A stretch of DNA of 61,302 bases, the filler included, from Actinomycetota bacterium (GTDB lineage Bacteria; Actinomycetota; Actinomycetes; JAKEEW01), in assembly GCA_046725875.1 (NCBI GenBank). It is 4 parts of 4 records of this genome, joined end to end, with 100 filler letters (N's around TTAATTAATTAA, not from the genome) between each part and the next. Parts side by side here need not be neighbours in the genome. Positions count along the whole stretch, not along the records: positions 1 to 18,675 come from JBKOZJ010000018.1; positions 18,776 to 32,862 come from JBKOZJ010000019.1; 2 more parts are not named here. One strand, 5' to 3'. Below, in pieces: positions 9,484-19,859 of this stretch. The position numbers and the translations under genes are program-made. The notes below the pieces were generated by a model, which did not search any database, was not told where the DNA came from, and saw only the letters and a program-made list of their open reading frames with translations. Numbering within the stretch: the stretch's first letter is position 1; every line of letters begins with the position of its first letter.

Positions 9484-11670
9484 TCAGGGGCCACCGATTG
9501 CAACGGTGAGAACCCGGCCGAGCTCGCGCAGCTCCGGCGCCGCCGTGAGGTCCTCGAGCAGCACCGGCTTGCCGGCCGCGTCCGCCAGCGGCAACCGCCA
9601 GTTCGGATATTCGTTGGTCGTGCCGGGCACGTTGGCCGGCCGTCGGTCCCCGACCGCGTCCGCGAGCGACACTCCGACCAGCATGGCTGGTGTACGGGCC
9701 AGCAAGCGGTGCAATGCCACGACGATCTCCAGCTCGGCGGCCACCGGACGCAGTAGCCGCAGCCGTCGCAACAGATCGAGCCACTGCTCAACCGCCTCGG
9801 CATGCTCGCCGGCCACTTGGTCGTATGACCTGGTCAGCAATCCCAACCGGTCGGCAAGCCGCAGGTGGTCGCCGGCGAGGAAGGAGCCGATTGGCGGCAG
9901 ATCGTGGGTGTCGACCGTGGCGAGGCAAAGCGGCCGCCACTGCTGTGGAGGCACCGGGCCAGCCTGGTCGCGCTCGAACCAAAGCACCGACGTGCCAAGG
10001 ATCCCGCGGTCGCGCAGGTAGTCGCGCACCCACGGCTCCACGGTTCCCAGATCCTCGCCGATGACCAGGGCGCCGGCACGATCCGCCTCGAGCGCCAGGA
10101 TGCCGACCATCGCCTCGTGGTCGTACCGCACATATGTCCCCTCATCGGCGGGCCGCCCCTCGGGCACCCACCACAGCCTGGACAGGCCCATGACGTGGTC
10201 GGCCCGAACGCCGCCCGCGTGCCGCAGCACGGCGCGAAGGACGTCGCGATAAGGCAGGAAGCCCGCGGCGGCCAGGCGGAACGGCTCCCACGGTGGCTGC
10301 GACCAAATCTGACCGCGTGGGTTGAATTCGTCCGGCGGCGCACCGACCGACATGTCCCTGGCGAACACGTCACGCAGTGCCCAGGCGTCCGCACCTTCGT
10401 TATGTACGCCAACCGCGAGGTCGTGCACGATGCCGAGGCGCATGCCGGCCTCGGTCGCGGCTTGCTGCGATACTGCCCGTTGCTCGTCGAGCAGCCACTG
10501 GAGCCAGCGGTAGAAGTCGACCCGGGACGCGAGTTCGCGCCGGGCTGCGGTCACCGCTGCACGGCGCGGGTCCTGCAGCTCGACCGGCCAGCTGCGCCAT
10601 CGCGGGCCGTGAACCTCGGCGAGCGCACACCAGGTAGCGAAGTCGACCAGAGAGTCGCCCGCCGCACCGAGGAATGACTGATATGCCGCCTCCCGACCCG
10701 GCCCCCGCGGCACCTCGTAGACCAGCTCCAGGGCTGCCTTCTTCGCCAGCCAGACCGAGTCGCGATCGATCCGGTCTGCACCTTCCATGCCCGAGCCGGC
10801 GGCCGCAGCCAGCCGATCGACCTGCACACTGGCGGACGGCTCCAGATAGGCATACTCGGGAATCGCCTCGATGCGGAGATAGAGCGGGCTCCCGTAACGA
10901 CGGCTGGTCGGTAGATAGGGCGAGGGCTCGACTGGCGGGACCGGCTCGGCCGCGTGCAGTGGATTCACGGTGACGAAGCCCGCGCCGAGCGACCGCGCCG
11001 ACCACCCGGCGAGCTCCGCGAGGTCGACGAGGTCGCCGTGGCCCCACGACCGGCGCGAGCGCACCGCATAAAGCTGCACGGCCGGGCCCCATGCGCGACC
11101 GCCGGCCAGTGCCGGCGGCGGCTCGAGGCGCTGCGGCACCACGACGAGGGGACAGCTGGCCTCGGGTGTGCGGCCCCGGGCCCCACGGCCGGTGATGTGT
11201 ATGCGATGCCAGCCGAGCGGTAGATCCGGCGGGAGCAGATACGTTCGCTCGGCAGTAAGACGGTCGCCGCTGTGGAGATCCGGCTCCACCGCGTAGCCCG
11301 CGACCGGCGCGACATCGGCGCGTACTCCACCGTCTTCGAGCTCGACCAGCATGTCGGGCTGACTGTCGTACCTAAGGTGCGCGGCGAACCGGGAGCCCGC
11401 TCCGGCTCGTACCACCATGACCGGTGGGAGGGGCCGTTGCAGGCGGGCCTGCCGCCGCTCGGCCAGGGCCGCGGCGGGGTCGCTCGCGTCCACGCCGAGC
11501 GCGGCAAGCACAGCGATCAACGTCTCGCGGGGCACGAAGCTGTGCCGGCCGCGCCAGTCCCAGAATTCGGTGGCCACCCCACAACCGGCGCAGAGCGCCG
11601 CGAGCGCCGGGTCAGGAGCCGGGCGACGGTCCGGTGGAGCGCGCTCGGCCTCCCGCGATGGCATGCGCAT
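9484..11670 (-). CDS. malQ: 4-alpha-glucanotransferase (amylomaltase, GH77)
   Basis: QLYAVRSRRSWGHGD, HDLAVGV, RADHVMGL, GEDLG, THDLPP, NVPGT..EYPNW; start approximate. Confidence 0.95.
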   Translation of the reverse strand: MRMPSREAERAPPDRRPAPDPALAALCAGCGVATEFWDWRGRHSFVPRETLIAVLAALGVDASDPAAALAERRQARLQRPLPPVMVVRAGAGSRFAAHLRYDSQPDMLVELEDGGVRADVAPVAGYAVEPDLHSGDRLTAERTYLLPPDLPLGWHRIHITGRGARGRTPEASCPLVVVPQRLEPPPALAGGRAWGPAVQLYAVRSRRSWGHGDLVDLAELAGWSARSLGAGFVTVNPLHAAEPVPPVEPSPYLPTSRRYGSPLYLRIEAIPEYAYLEPSASVQVDRLAAAAGSGMEGADRIDRDSVWLAKKAALELVYEVPRGPGREAAYQSFLGAAGDSLVDFATWCALAEVHGPRWRSWPVELQDPRRAAVTAARRELASRVDFYRWLQWLLDEQRAVSQQAATEAGMRLGIVHDLAVGVHNEGADAWALRDVFARDMSVGAPPDEFNPRGQIWSQPPWEPFRLAAAGFLPYRDVLRAVLRHAGGVRADHVMGLSRLWWVPEGRPADEGTYVRYDHEAMVGILALEADRAGALVIGEDLGTVEPWVRDYLRDRGILGTSVLWFERDQAGPVPPQQWRPLCLATVDTHDLPPIGSFLAGDHLRLADRLGLLTRSYDQVAGEHAEAVEQWLDLLRRLRLLRPVAAELEIVVALHRLLARTPAMLVGVSLADAVGDRRPANVPGTTNEYPNWRLPLADAAGKPVLLEDLTAAPELRELGRVLTVAIGGP

Positions 11671-11731
11671 AGTGTTCCCGACGGGCTGCCCAAGCCTCCA
11701 CGGGGTGGGCCGCCCGCTCGCCGTCGCCGCC

Positions 11732-13186
11732 CTACCAACCTGGTGGTTTGCGGTCTCGCCAGGACTCCGCGACTTCAAGCTGCGCCGCCAGCGAAAGCAG
11801 CTGCGCCTCGCCGGCGGGCCGGCCGGCGAGCATCACGCCGACGGGGAGCTCAGGGGAGCCCTCGGGGCTGGTCCAATGGAGCGGCAGCGAGATCGCTGGC
11901 TGGCCGGTCACGTTGTAGACCGAGGTGAACGGGGTGAACGCCTTCTCTGCCGCGAAGTCGGCGGCCGGATCGGCGTCGTTGCGCAGAGCGCCAACAGGTG
12001 CGGGCAGCTTGGCGAGGGTCGGCGTGAGGATCGCGTCGTAATCCTGCCATGCGCTGATCACTCGGCGGCTGGTGGCCTGCATCGTGCCGATCGAGGACGC
12101 GTAGCCGAACCCGGAGACCCGCCGGCCACGGTCGCGCAACCATCGGGTCAACGGCGTAAGCAACGCTTCCTTCTCCGGCTCGACCGGCACGACACCGGCG
12201 AGGACCGACCAGACCCGCTCGAATGCCGGCACAGCGTCCGGTCCGAACGGCGGCCGAACGTCGACAACTTCATGACCGAGCGCCGCGAGTAGCTTGCTCG
12301 CGTGCTCGTACGCCGTCCGGCATTCGAGAGCGACGTCGGTCTCGGCGATCACTGGCGCGGCGAAGCGGCCGATGGTCAACCGGCCCGGCTCCCGCTCGGC
12401 GTGCCCCAGGAACGTCTCGCCGGGCGGCAGCGGAGGCGCCCAGTGGGGGTCGCCAGGCATTGGCACGGCCATCAGATCGAGCATCGCCGCGGCGTCCTTG
12501 ACGGTTCGCGCGACGGGTCCATGCCAGGCCAGGCCGCTCAGGTCTCCTGAGATCGGGCCGTTGCTGATCCGTCCGCGGGAGACTTTGAGCCCGACCAGGC
12601 CACAGCAGCTCGCCGGTATGCGTACCGAGCCGCCGCCGTCGTTGCCCTGGGCGACGGGGGCAAGCCCGGCGGCGACCGCGGCGGCAGCGCCGCCGCTCGA
12701 ACCGCCGGCGTTTCGGGTGAGGTCCCACGGCGTACAGGCCGGCGGAGCGACAGCAGACTCGGTGTAACAAGGCGTGCCGAATTCGGGAGTGTTGGTCTTG
12801 CCCAGCAGCGGCATGCCGCCCCGGCGCACGAGCAGGCTGACCACGTGGTCGTCTTGTGGCGCTATGAAGTCTCGGTAGGCGGCCGAGCCGAGCATGCAAC
12901 GTACGCCGGCGACCATGGTCAGGTCCTTGATCGCCACCGGAACACCGTGGAGCGCAGGAAGCGAGTGGTGCGCTGGGTCCCCCTGGCTACTCGTCCGGAC
13001 GGCGCGTTCGGCCTCCCTCGCCTGTTCGATGGCGAGATCGGCGGTCACCGTCACATAGGCGCCCAGCTCGTCGTTGCGAGCGTCGATCCGCCGCAGATAG
13101 TGCTCGACCAGATCGACCGGCGATGCCTCGCGCCGGCGCACGGCCTCGGCCTGCTCCAGCGCGGTCAGCTCGTGAAGCTCCGCCAT
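11732..13186 (-). CDS. Amidase signature family enzyme
   Basis: [34 protein letters not shown]. Confidence 0.93.
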   Translation of the reverse strand: MAELHELTALEQAEAVRRREASPVDLVEHYLRRIDARNDELGAYVTVTADLAIEQAREAERAVRTSSQGDPAHHSLPALHGVPVAIKDLTMVAGVRCMLGSAAYRDFIAPQDDHVVSLLVRRGGMPLLGKTNTPEFGTPCYTESAVAPPACTPWDLTRNAGGSSGGAAAAVAAGLAPVAQGNDGGGSVRIPASCCGLVGLKVSRGRISNGPISGDLSGLAWHGPVARTVKDAAAMLDLMAVPMPGDPHWAPPLPPGETFLGHAEREPGRLTIGRFAAPVIAETDVALECRTAYEHASKLLAALGHEVVDVRPPFGPDAVPAFERVWSVLAGVVPVEPEKEALLTPLTRWLRDRGRRVSGFGYASSIGTMQATSRRVISAWQDYDAILTPTLAKLPAPVGALRNDADPAADFAAEKAFTPFTSVYNVTGQPAISLPLHWTSPEGSPELPVGVMLAGRPAGEAQLLSLAAQLEVAESWRDRKPPGW

Positions 13187-13306
13187 GACGACCAGTCGAT
13201 CACAAAGCAACGTCGATTCGGCCGATGACCATCGGCTGCGGGTGCCGACGCCTTGCCACGAGGTGCAGCGCTGACGGTGAGCTCGTACACGATCCTGGCC
13301 GTCAGT

Positions 13307-13389
13307 GGATGAATGGGCCGTTCGCTCGAAAGGAGGCGAGATGAATGGGACGTTGGCACGAACCTATCGACTCAACGTGCCGTTCATCC
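13307..13389. repeat. Three-unit palindromic (REP/BIME-like) element
   Basis: 22-bp units GGATGAATGGGCCGTTCGCTCG, AGATGAATGGGACGTTGGCACG and inverted CGACTCAACGTGCCGTTCATCC, with spacers of 10 and 7 bp. Confidence 0.75.
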
Positions 13390-13406
13390 GAAAAGGGGCG
13401 TGGCGG

Positions 13407-13937
13407 CTATGCGGTCGCTTCGGCCAGGAAGGAGTCAGCGCCGAAGGCGGTGAGATAAGGCAGCCACCGGGGATCGTGCCGGCCGCTGCCGAGTATTCGC
13501 CACGCCGAGCCGCTCGGCGGAATCGGCTGCTTGCGCAGCCGCCAGCCGAGCTCGCCGATGTGGCGGTCTCCTTTGATGTGGTTGCACCGGCGGCAGGCCG
13601 ACACGACGTTCTCCCATGTGTGAAGTCCCCCGCGGCTGCGAGGGACGACGTGGTCGATGCTCGTTGCTGGGCCACCGCAGTAGAGGCACCGCCCGCCGTC
13701 GCGGGCGAAAACGGCTCGCCGCGTAAGCGGTACGCCGCCGTTCCGGTGGGGGATTCGGACGTACCTGGTCAGGCGTACGACTGAGGGCGCGGCGAGCGTT
13801 AGCCGCTCGCTGTGCAAGAGCACATCCGCTTCCTCGAGCGTCACCGCCCGCTGCGACAGCACGAGCACGATGGCGCGCCGCTGGGGCACGGTGCACAACG
13901 GCTCATACGTCGCGTTCAAGATCAACGCGTGGGCCAC
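13407..13937 (-). CDS. HNH endonuclease (Rv2469c-like)
   Basis: LNATYEPL, RDGGRCLYCG, DHVVPRSRGG, CRRCNHIKGD; AGAGGAGG RBS before GTG 13937. Confidence 0.93.
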   Translation of the reverse strand: MAHALILNATYEPLCTVPQRRAIVLVLSQRAVTLEEADVLLHSERLTLAAPSVVRLTRYVRIPHRNGGVPLTRRAVFARDGGRCLYCGGPATSIDHVVPRSRGGLHTWENVVSACRRCNHIKGDRHIGELGWRLRKQPIPPSGSAWRILGSGRHDPRWLPYLTAFGADSFLAEATA

Positions 13938-14156
13938 TGGGCCTCCTCTGGCAAGTCCCGGCGCGTGGCTCGCGCCGGGCCCCCGGCGGAACCAGTGTCC
14001 CCCGATCAAGGGCGGAACTCCACGTCTTTCGATCAAACAGTTGGAAACTTGGAATCGGCGCAGGTCAGACCGTGGATGCCTTGGGCTGCGACACGTCGGC
14101 AGTCGGAGGTTGGAATGGGTCGCTCGGGTCGTTCGCTCGTCGCTAGGGTGGCGGGC

Positions 14157-16355
14157 ATGGAGCGCGCCTACCCCGAGGCAGAGCGGCTGGACCTAGTCGA
14201 GGAGATTCACGGACAACGGGTCGCCGACCCTTACCGCTGGCTGGAGGACACCGACTCCGAGCAGACGGAACGGTGGGCTGCCGCGCAAGACGCGCTCTTC
14301 GCCGCTTATCAGGCACGCTGGCCCGATCGCGACAAGCTGCGTGCCCGGCTGCTCGAGCTACTCTCCGCCGGCGTCGTCTCCCCGCCAGTTTGGCGAGGTG
14401 GCCGCAATTTCTTCATGCGCCGCACTGCCGACCAGGAACACGCCGTGCTCCTGACAACGGATCCGCCACCGCCAGCAGCCACCCCGACCACCAATCCCGG
14501 CGACTCCACCGCGACCGGCCGGGCGGATCTCCCGGCCACGCCAACCGGACCCGAGCCGGAGCGAGAGCGCATCCTCATCGACCCGATGGCGCTGGACGCC
14601 TCCGGCACGACAACGCTCGACGCGTGGCAGCCATCCAAGGAGGGCCTGCTGCTCGCCTACCAGCTCTCGGTGGGCGGCACCGAGGAGTCTGTGATCCGAG
14701 TGATGGACGTGGCCACGGGCGACACCGTCGACGGCCCGATCGACCGCGCGCGCTACTCGCCGATCGCTTGGTTGCCCGGCGGGAAGGCCTACTACTACGT
14801 GCGCAGGTTGCCCCCGGACAAAGTGCCCGAGGGCGAAGAGCAGTATCACCGCCGGGTCATGTTGCACCCGCTGGGCAGCGATCCCGCGGATGATGTGATG
14901 ATCTTCGGCGCGGGACTCGATAAGACGAACTACTACTCCGCACAGGTCAGCCGGGACGGGCGGTGGCTCGTGGTCGCCGCGTCCGCCGGCACCGCGCCGC
15001 GCACCGACGTATGGATAGCGGACCTGTCGGCCACCTCGCCGGAGGCGCCGGAGCTCGCCGTTGTCCAAGAAGGAGTGGACGCCCAGACCTCGGTCGAGGT
15101 CGGCCGAGACGGGCGCCTCTACATCTCGACCGATCGCGACTCGCCGCGCGGCCGGCTCTGCGTGACAACACCCGACCGGCTCGGGTACGAGGGCTGGCAG
15201 GAGCTCATCCCGGAAGATCCGGAGGCGGTGCTCGACGGCTACGCGATCCTCGACGGGCCAGAGCTGGGCGACGATCCCGTACTACTGTGCTCGTGGACCA
15301 GGCACGCTGTCGGTGAGATCACCATCCATCAGCTGCGCACTGGCACGCGAACCGGCACCGTGCCGCTGCCCGGCGTCGGGTCGGTCTCCGGGATCGTGGA
15401 GCGCATCGAGGGCGGCCACGAGGCGTGGTTCGGCTACACAGATCACGTGACTCCGTCGTCCGTCTACCGCTACGACGCCCTGACCGGTAAGACCACGCTA
15501 TGGACCACGGCGCCCGGGTCCATCGAGGCGCCGGAGATCACAACCACTCAGGTCACCTACCAGTCGAAGGACGGCACCGACGTCCGGATGTTCGTCATGT
15601 CGCGGGAGGCCCGACCCACCGAGCCAGGCCCGACGATCTTGTACGGGTATGGCGGGTTCGGTTTCCCGCTGACGCCGGCGTATTCAGCAACCGTGCTTGC
15701 TTGGGTCGAGGCCGGCGGCGTGTACGCGATCGCAGGGCTGCGCGGCGGCGGCGAGGAAGGCGAGGACTGGCACCGCGCCGGAATGGGCGCCCATAAGCAG
15801 AACGTCTTCGACGACTGCCATGCCGCCGCCGAGTGGCTCATCGCCAACGGCTGGACGACACCGGAACGGCTCGGGATCGCCGGCGGGTCGAACGGCGGTC
15901 TGCTCGTCGGCGCCGCGCTCATCCAGCGACCGGAGCTGTATTCCGCGGTGGCGTGTGCCGCACCACTGCTGGACATGGTGCGCTACGAGCGAACCGGCCT
16001 CGGTGCCACCTGGTCCGAGGAGTATGGCACCGCGTCGGATCCGGAGCAGCTCGGCTGGCTGCTCTCGTACTCCCCGTACCACCACGTCCGAGACGGCGTC
16101 GACTACCCCGAGGCGCTCTTCACGGTCTTCGACGGCGACACCCGGGTCGACCCGATGCATGCGCGGAAAATGTGCGCCGCGCTGCAGCATGCGGTCTCCC
16201 AGCCGCCCGCCGAACGAGGCCCAGACACCCGGCCGATCCTGTTCCGCCGGGAGAAGGACGTCGGCCACGGGGCGCGGGCGGTGAGCCGATCGGTCGAGGT
16301 GTCCGTCGACACCCTTGGATTCCTCGCCGCGGGTACGGGTCTGCGCTTCGGCTGA
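14157..16355 (+). CDS. Prolyl oligopeptidase (S9A)
   Basis: VADPYRWLED, YGYGGF, GGSNGGLL (Ser), DTRVDP (Asp), VGHG (His). Confidence 0.95.
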   Translation: MERAYPEAERLDLVEEIHGQRVADPYRWLEDTDSEQTERWAAAQDALFAAYQARWPDRDKLRARLLELLSAGVVSPPVWRGGRNFFMRRTADQEHAVLLTTDPPPPAATPTTNPGDSTATGRADLPATPTGPEPERERILIDPMALDASGTTTLDAWQPSKEGLLLAYQLSVGGTEESVIRVMDVATGDTVDGPIDRARYSPIAWLPGGKAYYYVRRLPPDKVPEGEEQYHRRVMLHPLGSDPADDVMIFGAGLDKTNYYSAQVSRDGRWLVVAASAGTAPRTDVWIADLSATSPEAPELAVVQEGVDAQTSVEVGRDGRLYISTDRDSPRGRLCVTTPDRLGYEGWQELIPEDPEAVLDGYAILDGPELGDDPVLLCSWTRHAVGEITIHQLRTGTRTGTVPLPGVGSVSGIVERIEGGHEAWFGYTDHVTPSSVYRYDALTGKTTLWTTAPGSIEAPEITTTQVTYQSKDGTDVRMFVMSREARPTEPGPTILYGYGGFGFPLTPAYSATVLAWVEAGGVYAIAGLRGGGEEGEDWHRAGMGAHKQNVFDDCHAAAEWLIANGWTTPERLGIAGGSNGGLLVGAALIQRPELYSAVACAAPLLDMVRYERTGLGATWSEEYGTASDPEQLGWLLSYSPYHHVRDGVDYPEALFTVFDGDTRVDPMHARKMCAALQHAVSQPPAERGPDTRPILFRREKDVGHGARAVSRSVEVSVDTLGFLAAGTGLRFG

Positions 16356-16521
16356 TTCCGCGCCGGGGATGCCGCCGTTTCGGCGGGACCACGCACCGAC
16401 CTGGCTTGGCCTTGCTGCAACCAGGCGCTGCTACGTTGGGCTCCTTGCGGCCAGCCATGCACGCTGCGGTCCGCCGGCCACCGGACAGGGACCTCGGACA
16501 CGCGATAGTCGGGGAGGTGAC

Positions 16522-17511
16522 GTGACGGCAGCGGCAGACTTGCGGGTGAACGGCGTGGTCAACGACATCGGCGACTGGTTCCGGGACCGCGGTGATGCGA
16601 TCGCCGGCTCCACCATCAAGATCGCTTTCATCGTTGCGCTGGCCGTCGTCGTCAACTATCTCCTCCGCCGGGCAATCCGGCGGGCGGTCGCCCGGATCGC
16701 GGCGGGCGGGGGCCACGAGCGGGTGACCGTTGAGGAGCCGCGGGCCGCGACCATCGACCCGGCCAAGGCCCTGGCTGGTGAGCGGCGGTTGCAGCGCACA
16801 CAGGCGGTCGGCTCGGTACTGGCCAGCAGCGTCTCCGTCATCGTCTTCACTGTCGCCACGGTCATGGTCCTCGGTGAGATCGGCGTGCCACTCGGCCCGA
16901 TTCTTGCGTCAGCCGGGATCGCCGGCATCGCGCTCGGCTTCGGTGCGCAAAATCTCATCAAGGATTTCCTGTCCGGCATCTTCGTCGTGGTCGAGGACCA
17001 GTACGGGGTCGGCGACGTCATCGACGCCGGCCTGGCCAGCGGCACCGTCGAAGAGGTCGGGCTGAGGATCACCCGACTGCGGGACGCCGACGGAGTTGTC
17101 TGGTATGTCCGCAACGGTGAGGTCGTCCGCATCGGTAACAAGACCCAAGGCTGGGCCATCGCGACCCTCGACGTGACTGTCGCCTATGACGAGGACCTGG
17201 GCAAGGTGAACTCGATCATCGAACGGGTGGCGCATGAGCTCGCCGACGACGTGGAATGGAAGGACCGGATAGTAGACGACGCGCAGATTCTGGGCGTCGA
17301 GTCGATGGCCGGCGACGCCATCACGATCCGAGTGATGCTGAAGACCGCGCCGCTCGTGTCGGCGGGCGTGGCGCGGGAGCTGCGGGCGCGGCTCAAGGAA
17401 GCGTTCGAAGAGGCAGGCGTCCGGGTTCCCATCCGGCCGCTTGGCATACCGCCCGGTACGCCGATGCCTGGCGCCACTCCAAACCCCCCCGGGCCTCCCC
17501 CGGCCCACTAA
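16522..17511 (+). CDS. Small-conductance mechanosensitive channel (MscS family)
   Basis: [43 protein letters not shown] before GTG 16522. Confidence 0.92.
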   Translation: MTAAADLRVNGVVNDIGDWFRDRGDAIAGSTIKIAFIVALAVVVNYLLRRAIRRAVARIAAGGGHERVTVEEPRAATIDPAKALAGERRLQRTQAVGSVLASSVSVIVFTVATVMVLGEIGVPLGPILASAGIAGIALGFGAQNLIKDFLSGIFVVVEDQYGVGDVIDAGLASGTVEEVGLRITRLRDADGVVWYVRNGEVVRIGNKTQGWAIATLDVTVAYDEDLGKVNSIIERVAHELADDVEWKDRIVDDAQILGVESMAGDAITIRVMLKTAPLVSAGVARELRARLKEAFEEAGVRVPIRPLGIPPGTPMPGATPNPPGPPPAH

Positions 17512-17675
17512 CACCACGGACTGGCGGCTCGCCGGTTGGCGTCGCTTTATCCCGTGACGCTGCCTTACGACCAGTACCTGGCGCGAAACTGACAACTCAG
17601 CGTCAAAATCCCGCTACCGGCCATGAAGCGGCGCTCGGCGGGCGCATCGCCGCCGCATGCGAGACTGATACGGCG

Positions 17676-18134
17676 ATGAGCGACACAGTTGACATGGCGG
17701 GACGTACGCCCGCTTCAGACGACAACACAGAGATCAGCTTTTACGAGGCGGTCGGTGGGGAGGAGACCTTCCGGCGCCTCGTTCACCGCTTCTACCATGG
17801 CGTGGCCGGCGATCCTCTACTTCGTGCCATCTATCCCGAGGAAGACCTGTCAGGTGCGGAGGAGCGGCTGCGCCTGTTCCTGATCCAGTACTGGGGCGGC
17901 CCCCGCACGTACTCGGAACGCCGCGGACATCCGCGCCTGCGGATGCGCCACGCGCCTTTCGCCGTGACACCGCTCGCCCGCGACCGGTGGCTGCACCACA
18001 TGCTCACGGCGCTGGATGAGCTCGACCTGGCGGAAGAGTACGACAAACCGCTGCGCGACTACTTGATCACGGCAGCGCACAGCATGGTCAACACCTTTGA
18101 CGAGCCGCCCCGCTCGACCCTCCCACTCGCCTAA
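17676..18134 (+). CDS. glbO: Group II truncated haemoglobin
   Basis: [34 protein letters not shown]; start approximate. Confidence 0.93.
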   Translation: MSDTVDMAGRTPASDDNTEISFYEAVGGEETFRRLVHRFYHGVAGDPLLRAIYPEEDLSGAEERLRLFLIQYWGGPRTYSERRGHPRLRMRHAPFAVTPLARDRWLHHMLTALDELDLAEEYDKPLRDYLITAAHSMVNTFDEPPRSTLPLA

Positions 18135-18328
18135 CCTCACACAGATTCCCCGCCTGCCTGCGACGCTGAGTAAGGAAATGGCAAAGATCTTTTCATCGGG
18201 TCTCGGTTCGGACACCAACGCGTAACGTCGCCTTGTCATGACCGCTTGGCCGCAACGAGCCTGACCGCGACGATCGGCGCCCGTGTAAGGCTGGCGCTAG
18301 GGCCGCCGTTCGTGAATGACCGCCGATC

Positions 18329-18675
18329 ATGATCGGCGCTCGGAGTGATGGGAGGCGTTCGTTGGCGCAGGCATCAGGGCTCGTCCTGCGCCGTGCGCTG
18401 ACCCAGAAGCTGGTCGTCTCGGCCGCGCTCGGAACGATCGTCCTCGCGACGACGGTCCTGACTGCACTCCTGCTCTACGCGACCTCGGTGACCGACGACG
18501 GCATCCGCCGCAGCTTGGCCACCGCGCCGCCTGACCAGGTCTCGAGCCGAATCACCGCCCAGGTCACGCCTGAGAACCACGACGTGTTCGACAGCCGGGT
18601 TCGGTCCGTGGCACAGCAGGCGTACTCCGGGATCTCCATCCGGGTGATCGAAACGGCCCGTTCGCAGTCGTACTC
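18329..18675 (+). CDS. ABC transporter permease (FtsX-like) N-terminus, cut by the contig end
   Basis: LRRA...AALGTIVLATTVLTALLLY...DDGIRRSL resembles large actinobacterial FtsX-type permeases. Confidence 0.55.
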
Positions 18676-18775
18676 NNNNNNNNNNNNNNNNNNNNNNNNN
18701 NNNNNNNNNNNNNNNNNNNTTAATTAATTAANNNNNNNNNNNNNNNNNNNNNNNNNNNNNNNNNNNNNNNNNNNN
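18676..18775. other. Artificial contig linker
   Basis: N44-TTAATTAATTAA-N44 gives stops in all six frames. Confidence 0.98.
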
Positions 18776-19019
18776 CCGCGCCGGCCTGGGGCTGAGGGAG
18801 CGAGGCGTAGGCGGCGGTGACCGTCTTCTCGACGAGATCTTCAGCGTCGCTTGTATTCCCCGTCATGAGCAGCGCGAGGGAGTACAGCCGGTCCAGGTGT
18901 GGCAGCAAGTCGCACTCCAGTTGCTCCGCCCGTCGCCGGTGGGTCTCCGCGACCGGCTTCGACCCTGGACGGAAGAACCGACCGATGGCAGAGGCCCTCC
19001 AAACAACGACAGCCTCCAT
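18776..19019 (-). CDS. ECF sigma factor, SigR/SigH-like, N-terminal part (diverged; cut by the contig end)
   Basis: LPHLDRLYSLALLMTGNTSDAEDLV..T...AYAS matches sigma region 2 of SigR/SigH. Confidence 0.7.
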
Positions 19020-19487
19020 CACCCCTGCGGTCCGGTACCGCAGGCAACCGATCCCTGCCCGGATGGAGCGGGCCGAGCGGGGCGAGCGCTGTGGTTCGGG
19101 CTCCGGAGGCAGACATCGTTGGCGGGTCGTGGCCACCGCATCAGCCACCGCGGCGCTCACTTGGTCATCACCTTCTGCCGTTGGCGGCCTGGACGAGTGC
19201 CTTGGCGCGACGCACATCCACGTCGTACGGGTCAAGCGGAAGCATCTCGAACTCCGAACCTGTCCGCCGTCCCCTGGGCTTTTGGACAAGGATCCGCTTC
19301 ATCTCAGCCCCCGGGCGCGGGCCGAACGGGAGGCCTCGCTGATGCAGCCGATCTCTTCATGGAGTGGGCGCCTGAGCGATCTCAACGAGAGCCGATCGGA
19401 TAGTCGTGGTTCAGGACGACGATCGGAGGGCGGCAATGACCGCTGCCGGTGCAGGCGGTCGGATCGGAAATCCATGGGTTCCTCCTC

Positions 19488-19536
19488 TTGATACAGGCTG
19501 TCTGTATCAATGATATTACATACAGACAGCCTGAAC
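19488..19536. promoter_or_regulatory. Pair of palindromic operator-like sites
   Basis: Perfect TTGATACAG-N5-CTGTATCAA (19488-19510) plus a second ATACAG-N5-CTGAAC site, directly upstream of GAGGAGG-ATG (19475, minus strand). Confidence 0.65.
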
Positions 19537-19569
19537 CACAAGCCTGGCGATCCGACGGTCTGCGTGAGC

Positions 19570-19662
19570 CGGGACGCCGGTTACGCGGATCGACAATGGC
19601 GATCAACCGGTCGATGCCGAGGACGTCGCGGGTAGGTCGCGGCAGGCCGTCGCGCTTCGGCC
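19570..19662 (-). pseudogene. Remnant of a RimJ/RimL-type GNAT acetyltransferase
   Basis: Frameshifted EA/ATACRD/RDVLGIDRLIAIVDPRN matches the C-terminal GNAT motif. Confidence 0.55.
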
Positions 19663-19859
19663 ACGTGGTTCTCACGGGGGATCCAGCTCGGCGAGGGCGA
19701 CGGGGGACGGGATACGTCTGGCACGGACAGGCACCGCGGCTCACCGACGAACGAGACTGGAATCCAGCCAAGCTATGACGCGTTGGTCGGTCGAGCTGAT
19801 GGCGAGCTAAGGGGTTGGCTTGGCTGTCGGGCGCCCGCCGGGTCGAGCACCCGGGCCGG

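Noticed and set aside
13407..13937. HNH nuclease as a mobile or defence element
   Set aside because: It matches the conserved Rv2469c-type gene in its usual pepN-glbO neighbourhood.
18676..18775. TTAATTAATTAA palindrome repeated three times in the window
   Set aside because: Identical 100-nt N-flanked spacers with six-frame stops; an assembly concatenation artefact.
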